From an uncultured Gammaproteobacteria bacterium (GTDB lineage: Bacteria; Patescibacteriota; Patescibacteriia; UBA11705; JABHMO01): 64,000 nucleotides of DNA. This document shows positions 57,437 through 64,000 of this stretch, piece by piece (within the stretch, counting starts at the first letter, position 1; each line of letters begins with the position of its first letter). The stretch covers positions 90,697 to 154,696 of the forward strand of contig CAZPYM010000002.1 in the NCBI GenBank assembly GCA_964590105.1. Direction: 5' to 3'. A model generated the notes under the pieces. It was not told the DNA's origin, did not search any database, and saw nothing but the letters and a program-made list of their open reading frames with translations. Made by a program: the position numbers and the translations under genes.

Positions 57437-57688
57437 ATGGCTTTAATTTATGGATTATCTTGATATATTATAGCTTTTTTATGTTTTTTACACAATTAAT
57501 GAAATATTTCCAATAATATTGCATGCAATCAAAGAGGAGAGCACTGTGAATATTCAATTTGCTAAATTTTTTAATCGTGCTAAAATAGGGGTGCTTGCGA
57601 ATATCAGTCATCAGCCGGGGGCGCTTCAATAGCTCTGGTTGCGACGGATTTTCCAGAGAAGAATATATAATCCATAAGTACAGACTTT

Positions 57689-58552
57689 ATGCCAGTTGAC
57701 AACATTATCGAAGAATTAGAAAAAGGTGGAGCAAAAAAACCTAAAAAAGCTAAGGAGAAAAAAATTGCGGACAAACCGGTCGTTCAAAAAAAAGAATCAA
57801 AACGCGAAGATAATCAATTGTTTAATTTGGTGATTGCCGTCGTGGTGATTCTCGGCATTATCGGGATCGTCTTTGGCTACACCAAGGATAAAATTTCAGA
57901 AATCAGAAAAGGCGGTACAGATGTAACCAAGGGGCTTGAGCAGCAAGTGCTGGTTTTGAAAGATGATATTAATGCTCTCAAAGAAAAAGCTTCCAGCTTG
58001 GAAAAGGATACTATTTCCAATAAAGACGTGGTGATTGACTTGTTTGAGAAAACCAGAAAAATTCCAACCAAGGTAGATGCCAGCAATTGGAATGTTCTGG
58101 GCGACGAGAAATTAAGCTTTTCCGTTAGTTTCCCAAACACTTGGGAAAAGGTTCAGTCAATTGTTGATCCTACCTCAGAACAAAGCGAAACAGCGAGTGA
58201 GGTCGTTTACCTTCAGCCGATCGGCCAGCCGGATTTCCTAAATTCGGTTACCATTAAAAGCGACTATGCTGATTTTGCCGAGCTATCGCTGAAAGAAAAA
58301 ATGGAAATCTTCCAAGACTTGGATTTATTGGATTCATCCAAATTTGTTAATGGGCAGATGCTTTATTTCATCAATTTGGATAAGGATAACAATGAAGTGC
58401 CGACAATAATTATTTTAACTGATGATAATATTTACCGCGCGACTTTTAATATCAGCAATAAGAAACTTTCCGGATACTTTGGCTTTCGCAAAGATTTTGA
58501 AAGTATAGCGGCGACGTTTGCTCTTGTTCCGAAAGTAATAGAAACAGAATAA
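57689..58552 (+). CDS. Hypothetical membrane-anchored protein
   Basis: K-rich N-terminus, one TM helix (LFNLVIAVVVILGIIGIVFG), coiled-coil and beta-rich C-terminal domain. Confidence 0.4.
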   Translation: MPVDNIIEELEKGGAKKPKKAKEKKIADKPVVQKKESKREDNQLFNLVIAVVVILGIIGIVFGYTKDKISEIRKGGTDVTKGLEQQVLVLKDDINALKEKASSLEKDTISNKDVVIDLFEKTRKIPTKVDASNWNVLGDEKLSFSVSFPNTWEKVQSIVDPTSEQSETASEVVYLQPIGQPDFLNSVTIKSDYADFAELSLKEKMEIFQDLDLLDSSKFVNGQMLYFINLDKDNNEVPTIIILTDDNIYRATFNISNKKLSGYFGFRKDFESIAATFALVPKVIETE

Positions 58553-58648
58553 CGATATTATTTGAATAATGCTATAATGAAAGGCGAGGCCGCGAGCTTC
58601 GTCTTTCGAAGTTTTAGTGGATATTATTAAAAACCAATGTAATTATTT

Positions 58649-59029
58649 ATGCAATTTCACTGGCGTTTATTTATTGCTTTGCTGGTTATCTCTATTTTTG
58701 TATCCGGTGGAGCTGTTTATTTTTGGCAGCAAGGCGTTCTAATGAATGACCAAGTTTCGATACAGCAAGCTGATGAAGTTAATCCAGTTGAACTGCAAAC
58801 TGTTCCGGCGGCAGAATGGCGGGAAACGGTGCGCTATTATTGCGAACAAAGCGGCGGTGCGTTTATTAATGACAACTGCGACTGTCCTTCGGAGTTCGGG
58901 GCTGATATGTATGAGAAACCATCCGGCCAGTGTCAGACTACTTATGGCGGTCCCGGCGGCGAGCTCGGACAAGCAATGAATGCCTGCATCGGTCTGCATT
59001 TGCAGTTGGATGAATGTTTGAATAAGTGA
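58649..59029 (+). CDS. Small membrane-anchored Cys-rich hypothetical protein
   Basis: N-terminal TM helix, then CEQSGGAFINDNCDCPSEF...CQ...C (six Cys). Confidence 0.4.
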   Translation: MQFHWRLFIALLVISIFVSGGAVYFWQQGVLMNDQVSIQQADEVNPVELQTVPAAEWRETVRYYCEQSGGAFINDNCDCPSEFGADMYEKPSGQCQTTYGGPGGELGQAMNACIGLHLQLDECLNK

Positions 59030-59041
59030 TTAGCCTGGAAC

Positions 59042-60031
59042 GTGGAGAGTGATAAAGTGAAATTAATTTTATATTATATGGAATCAATTTTTAAACAAAG
59101 AATTGGTTATAAGGGGGATTTGAAGGAAATTGCAAAAGATATTTGTAGAGATTTTAGTTTTGGGCATTTTGTGAATTGTAAAACAGTTCTCATAGGTTAT
59201 GAAGATTTTAACTTCTTTTTAGAAACAACAGAGGGCAAATTTTTCGTAAAAATATTTTCGAATGAAAGAACGCTTGATGATTGCAAACGAAACGTTGAAG
59301 TAATCGTAAAAGCATTGGAAGCCGGCGTTTCTGCTCCGGGGTTACACAAATCACCACAGGGATATTTACATCTTCTGGAGATTGATCAATCAATATTAAG
59401 GATTTGCGTCATGAATTTTATTGATGGGGAAGATTTTTTTACTTCTGGGGCAAAAATTACCCGAGAAGATATGCTTTCATTGGCACGCCAAGCGTCTTTG
59501 ATCAATTTAATAGAAGTTAAACCGCCCAAAATTTATGATCCATGGGCGATTACTAACTTTTCCCTGGAATTTGAAAAGAAGAGCCAATACTTAGAAAAAG
59601 AGGATTTTGATATTATTAAGACACTCGTTGAAAGATTCAATAATTTCAAAATAGAAACATTGCCTTATTGCTTTGTCCATGGGGATATTATTAGAACTAA
59701 TGTAATTAAAGATAAGAATAATAAGATTTGGATCGTGGATTTTTCTGTTTCAAATTACTATCCGCGCATTCAGGAATTGGCAGTGTTGGCTTGCGATATC
59801 TTATTCAATAAGGATAACAAAGAAGAAAGTGAACAAAATTTTAAGGGGGCTTTAGAAGAGTATCAAAAAATAATAAAATTAACCGTAAGAGAAATTGAAG
59901 TTTTACCAAATTATATTAAATTTGCTCATGCCATGCATGTACTATCTGCAATCTATGAGAAGAAGGTTAACGGTAATGGCTCTAACGAAAATGAATATTT
60001 TCTTAGTATTGGAAAAGCTGGATTAAAATAA
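59042..60031 (+). CDS. Aminoglycoside phosphotransferase/homoserine kinase type II-like (APH family) kinase
   Basis: CFVHGDIIRTNVI...IWIVDFSVSNY matches the APH catalytic HGD..N and DFxxx motifs. Confidence 0.6.
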   Translation: MESDKVKLILYYMESIFKQRIGYKGDLKEIAKDICRDFSFGHFVNCKTVLIGYEDFNFFLETTEGKFFVKIFSNERTLDDCKRNVEVIVKALEAGVSAPGLHKSPQGYLHLLEIDQSILRICVMNFIDGEDFFTSGAKITREDMLSLARQASLINLIEVKPPKIYDPWAITNFSLEFEKKSQYLEKEDFDIIKTLVERFNNFKIETLPYCFVHGDIIRTNVIKDKNNKIWIVDFSVSNYYPRIQELAVLACDILFNKDNKEESEQNFKGALEEYQKIIKLTVREIEVLPNYIKFAHAMHVLSAIYEKKVNGNGSNENEYFLSIGKAGLK

Positions 60032-60116
60032 ATTGATTAAGGTCTCTTTACGTCTTTTTCTCGTCTGTACGTTTGTAATTTGTTGTTTGTAATTTGTAAT
60101 TTAAATTGTTATTATT

Positions 60117-61205
60117 ATGTCTTTTTCAATCGGAATAGTCGGCTTGCCCAATGTTGGCAAATCAACCTTGTTCAAAGCTTTGACTAAAAAACAAATCGAT
60201 ATTGCCAATTATCCTTTTTGCACCATTGAACCGAACAAGGGAATTGTTTTGGTCCCCGATGAACGGCTGGATCAATTGGCAACGTTTTCTAAATCAGAAA
60301 AAATTATTCACACAACCATTGAATTCGTGGATATTGCCGGTTTGGTCAAGGGTGCGCACAAAGGCGAGGGGCTCGGTAATAAATTTTTACATAATATTCG
60401 TGAAGTGGATGCCATCTGTCACGTTGTTCGCAATTTTCATCTGGGCGACATTATCCATGTTGATGGCCGGGTTGATCCGGCGCATGACGCGGAAGTTATT
60501 GACATTGAGCTGGCTTTTGCTGATCTGGAAATAGTTACCAAGCATTTGGTCAAGTTAAAAGATAAATTAAAGGGCGCTTCGGCCAAAGAAGAAAAAGACG
60601 CCAGAAAACTGGTTGAATTTTTGCAAACAAAAATTATCACGGCCTTGGAAAACGGGCAAGGCATTCGAAAGCTTGGCCTGTCAGCAGAAGAATTAGAAGG
60701 AATTAAATATTTAAGCTTACTTACCGCCAAGCCGATGATTTATTTATTAAATGTTGATGAAGATAAAGTAAAAGAAATTCCGCAAATTCCGTTTTTGCAG
60801 GGAGAGGTGGTGATTCCCATCTGCGCAAAGGTAGAAGCTGATTTGGCAGAATTGTCAGAAACAGAGGCAAAGGAATATTTGACAGAACTGGGAGTTTCCA
60901 TGTCCGGACTGGATAATATAATTTTAGAAGCATACAAGGTTTTGGATCTAATTAGCTTTTTGACGACCGGGCCAAAAGAAACCCGCGCCTGGACAATTGA
61001 GCGCGGCACCAAAGCGCCGCAGGCTGCCGGTAAAATTCATGGAGATTTTGAAAGAGGCTTTATTGCTGTGGAAATTATCAATTGGCAGAACTTGATTAAT
61101 GCTGGTTCTGAAGCCCTGGCCAAAGAAGGGGGATTGATTCGTTTGGAAGGAAAAGAATATGTGGTTCAGGACGGCGACTGCTGTAATTTCCGGTTTAATG
61201 TGTAG
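60117..61205 (+). CDS. ychF: Redox-regulated ribosome-binding ATPase YchF (Obg-like)
   Basis: G1 [17 protein letters not shown], the rest of the OLA1/YchF G-domain, and C-terminal TGS domain. Confidence 0.95.
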   Translation: MSFSIGIVGLPNVGKSTLFKALTKKQIDIANYPFCTIEPNKGIVLVPDERLDQLATFSKSEKIIHTTIEFVDIAGLVKGAHKGEGLGNKFLHNIREVDAICHVVRNFHLGDIIHVDGRVDPAHDAEVIDIELAFADLEIVTKHLVKLKDKLKGASAKEEKDARKLVEFLQTKIITALENGQGIRKLGLSAEELEGIKYLSLLTAKPMIYLLNVDEDKVKEIPQIPFLQGEVVIPICAKVEADLAELSETEAKEYLTELGVSMSGLDNIILEAYKVLDLISFLTTGPKETRAWTIERGTKAPQAAGKIHGDFERGFIAVEIINWQNLINAGSEALAKEGGLIRLEGKEYVVQDGDCCNFRFNV

Positions 61206-61288
61206 GTTAGTTAAATTTACAGAAAATATTGACAAAAACTAAGGATAGTGTTATCATTAATTATAATTAACAGAGTTCATAATAAATA

Positions 61289-63646
61289 ATGAATGATCAG
61301 CTTATGAAAAAATTCGCTTTTGTATTTTTCATTGTTGGCTTGATGCTTGTTTTGCCGGCTTTTGCCAAGGCCGCGTCACTCAGCAGCACGCTGGCAGGAA
61401 GAATTTTATTGCAAGTGGAACAAAATGGCGAGGCTTGGTACCTTTATCCGAGTGATACTACCAGATATTATCTGGGTAGGCCTGCGGACGCTTTTAGCAT
61501 TATGCGAACGCTTGGACTGGGTATCAGTGAAAGTGATTATGGCCAGTTTAAAGATAAGGCGCCTCTGCGTTTGGCCGGAAAAATTTTACTTCGCGTTCAG
61601 GCCGGCGGAGAAGCGTATTATGTTTATCCTTTGGATTTAAAATTATATTATTTGGGTCGACCAGCCGATGCTTTTGACATAATGAGAAAATTGGGACTGG
61701 GCATTGCTGATAAAAATTTGGAATTAATTGCCGTAAATGAAAAAAGTCAGGCGGTTAGAAAAGTTGAAACGTCAGACACCAGCGCTGATAATGGAAATGT
61801 AAAAAATACCGAAGCCACGCCTGAAGCACAAAGCGGTGGCGGCACATCTGACAAATCAGTAATATTTGAAGTGGCGGTGAATGATTTCACCTCCCACAAA
61901 AATTTCGATAATATCAAGAATCTGCCGAATGCTTACATTAATGTATATAATATTGAAGTTACCAGTGCCAATTACAAGGGAACTCTTAAGGAAACTTTAG
62001 TAACGGGCGCTGACGCTATGGCTGAAACTTCTGTCGGCCTGGGAGAAATGGTTGACTTTGTTGGTTTTCAAACGCTGGAGCAGGCCAAGAGTTATCCAAC
62101 TTGGAATTTTGGCACGCCTTCATACAAGAATTTTGGCGATGCGGACCAGTTGTGCCAGATTAATTTCAAGAACACTAGTCAATATTTAAAAAATGACAAA
62201 AGTTATGCCTGCGCTAATTCACTTAGCGTTCCTTATCAGGATATTTCAACGATAAAACCAGAAACCATAACCACTGAAACAACAACATCAACACCTTCAA
62301 CCACTTTAGTCGCCACTCCAAATTGGGGATGGAAGCTGGCTACAACTGTGGATGATACTTATAATTTCATTAATGGATTTGGTAGTTATGGCGACCCGGT
62401 TTATGTTGGCGATATTGCCTGGACAGAAAAAGGATTTTATATTTTTTATCGGGCGGATAAAACCGGCACAGCTGATTGGGGCTGGAAAATGGCTCCGGAC
62501 AATGATGATTTGTATAATTTTTTGAATCGCAAAGGAGCTTATACCGGATTGCCGAAAGATCAAGCGTTTGTTGTTGACACGGACAGCGGCAAGTATGTAT
62601 TTTATCGCGGTACGGACGCGACTGCCAGCTGGGGTTGGAAAAAATCAACAGCAATTGATGATATGTATAATTATGTCAATGGATTCGGTGGTTATTCCAA
62701 ATCTTATGTCGGCAGTATCAGCGGTCGAGCAACTAATGACATTACCATGTTTTATGACGATAGCCAGATTGGGACAAAAAATTGGGGCTGGAAACTGGCT
62801 GGAACCATTGATGATGCTTACAACTTTTTGAACAATTTGGAAGGCTACACAGCATCTCAATTTGATGTGCATAATGTTAAAGTCCTTACACAGGGATCAT
62901 ACTTTTACATTTTCTACAACACAGCTGAGGACACTACTTCGACAATCCCAGCAACTCCCGCAACTCCAGCAACTCCTGCAACACCAGCAACTCCCGCTAC
63001 GCCGGCTGTTGTCGTGCCGAACTGGGGCTGGAAATTAGCCACGACTGTTGATGATGCGTATAACTTTATCAATGGATTTGGTAGTTATGGCGACCCGGTT
63101 TATGTTGGCGATATTGCCTGGACAGAAAAAGGATTTTACATTTTCTATCGTTCAGACAAAACCGGCACAGCTGATTGGGGCTGGAAACTCGGTTCTGATA
63201 ATGACGATATTTATAATATGCTGAATAGCAATGGCACATATAGCGCGTCATACGGCGGATTGCCGATAGATCGGGCATTGATGGTTGATACAGACAATGG
63301 CAAATATGTATTTTATCGAGGCACGGACGCGACTGCCAGCTGGGGCTGGAAAAAAGCCACGGAAATTAATGACATGTACAATTATGTAAATGGACTCGGC
63401 ACATATTCCAAAGCTTATGCCGGCACGATCAGCGGCCGAGCCACCAATGACATTACTATGTTTTATGATAATAGTCAGACGGGAACAAAAGACTGGGGCT
63501 GGAAACTGGCCACAACAGTGGATGACGCCTACAACTTCATGAACCGATTGTCAGGCTACACAAAGGCGGAGGGGTATGTCTATAATATAGATGTTTTCAC
63601 CACTGCGGAAAATTATTTTTATATTTTTTACAACAAGGCTGAATAA
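61289..63646 (+). CDS. Secreted repeat protein: 2 x about 55-aa N-terminal repeats, Thr/Pro linkers, and 8 WGWK repeats arranged as a tandem about 650-bp duplication
   Basis: Signal peptide MKKFAFVFFIVGLMLVLPAFAKA. Repeats (Y)YLGRPADAF(S/D)IMR.LGLGI twice. Eight repeats of NWGWKLATTVDDAYNF.N..G.Y. Two near-identical copies of a four-repeat block, each preceded by a T/P-rich linker (TPATPATPATPATPATPA before the second). Confidence 0.6.
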   Translation: MNDQLMKKFAFVFFIVGLMLVLPAFAKAASLSSTLAGRILLQVEQNGEAWYLYPSDTTRYYLGRPADAFSIMRTLGLGISESDYGQFKDKAPLRLAGKILLRVQAGGEAYYVYPLDLKLYYLGRPADAFDIMRKLGLGIADKNLELIAVNEKSQAVRKVETSDTSADNGNVKNTEATPEAQSGGGTSDKSVIFEVAVNDFTSHKNFDNIKNLPNAYINVYNIEVTSANYKGTLKETLVTGADAMAETSVGLGEMVDFVGFQTLEQAKSYPTWNFGTPSYKNFGDADQLCQINFKNTSQYLKNDKSYACANSLSVPYQDISTIKPETITTETTTSTPSTTLVATPNWGWKLATTVDDTYNFINGFGSYGDPVYVGDIAWTEKGFYIFYRADKTGTADWGWKMAPDNDDLYNFLNRKGAYTGLPKDQAFVVDTDSGKYVFYRGTDATASWGWKKSTAIDDMYNYVNGFGGYSKSYVGSISGRATNDITMFYDDSQIGTKNWGWKLAGTIDDAYNFLNNLEGYTASQFDVHNVKVLTQGSYFYIFYNTAEDTTSTIPATPATPATPATPATPATPAVVVPNWGWKLATTVDDAYNFINGFGSYGDPVYVGDIAWTEKGFYIFYRSDKTGTADWGWKLGSDNDDIYNMLNSNGTYSASYGGLPIDRALMVDTDNGKYVFYRGTDATASWGWKKATEINDMYNYVNGLGTYSKAYAGTISGRATNDITMFYDNSQTGTKDWGWKLATTVDDAYNFMNRLSGYTKAEGYVYNIDVFTTAENYFYIFYNKAE

Positions 63647-63668
63647 AAGTAATTGCCAAAGTTAAAAA

Positions 63669-63699
63669 GCGCCCCGTCCTGATTTTATCAGGCGGGGCG
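63669..63699 (+). terminator. Rho-independent terminator
   Basis: gcgccccgtcctgattttatcaggcggggcg tttt. A second hairpin caagcgccaggcgcttg lies at 63719-63735. Confidence 0.6.
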
Positions 63700-64000
63700 T
63701 TTTGGATAAAGAAAAAACAAGCGCCAGGCGCTTGTCTGTGTGTCCTCACGCGGGAGGAGTATCAATTCTAAATACAAAACTAGAGAAAGCTCTCGACAGC
63801 GTGCAGCTGTACTGATTATTGAAATGCCCGGAAATGAATTTCAGGCGAGACGTTTCAGCTTCTTCCATACGTTCCACATGAGCAACACATATTTCATGCG
63901 GCACATTGACTATTTCTCGGATGAATTTTCTGAGATTGATCAGACTGAATTGTGAAGTGGCCGGTACCAAGTAAAACGTGAAAGCAGTTTTGTTTTTTTG

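Noticed and set aside
62280-63650. Diversity-generating retroelement (template/variable repeat pair) as an explanation for the near-identical repeats in the WGWK protein
   Set aside because: Both copies are in-frame coding repeats of the same gene rather than a non-coding template plus a variable region. Differences are not confined to adenines. No reverse transcriptase gene is nearby.
63740-63970. Two overlapping about 70-aa ORFs at the window end
   Set aside because: No RBS or motifs; the region follows two terminator hairpins. Cannot be judged without the downstream sequence.

Overview
This window is AT-rich throughout and carries a chromosomal replication-origin region. The core is rpmH, rnpA and yidD on the minus strand, then dnaA, a DnaA-box/AT-rich spacer (oriC) and dnaN on the plus strand. 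Around it sit streamlined housekeeping genes, many with tight 4-bp start/stop overlaps: ruvB, rnc, nusB, pnp-rpsO, tig, tsaC/tsaD/tsaE, ychF, hppA, rpmF, lspA, comM/yifB, xerC-like recombinase, pilB, deoxynucleoside kinase and ten tRNAs. By inference the gene content and the C-terminal extensions on ribosomal proteins S15 and L32 resemble a small-genome Patescibacteria/CPR-like bacterium. Several short islands of visibly higher G+C interrupt the AT-rich background. The clearest is an NfeD-flotillin two-gene cassette (542-2907). A three-gene block at 39.7-44.4 kb has a tandem-HTH protein translationally coupled to a GHKL (Bergerat-fold) ATPase-like protein, with a convergent 674-aa protein of no recognisable family. 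This block is the best candidate for an undescribed system. Also notable: (1) A one-gene cassette with its own promoter and terminator, flanked by a 238-bp direct duplication of the pilB 3' end. (2) A second cluster of perfect DnaA boxes about 18 kb from oriC. (3) A GC-rich palindromic intergenic repeat family in at least three loci. (4) A tRNA-Arg locus carrying two copies of a perfect 22-bp CACGTG-centred palindrome. (5) A predicted serpin lipoprotein near a RIO kinase and two APH-like kinases. (6) A secreted WGWK-repeat protein with a near-identical internal duplication. No CRISPR array, rRNA, transposase or RNase P/tmRNA gene was seen.
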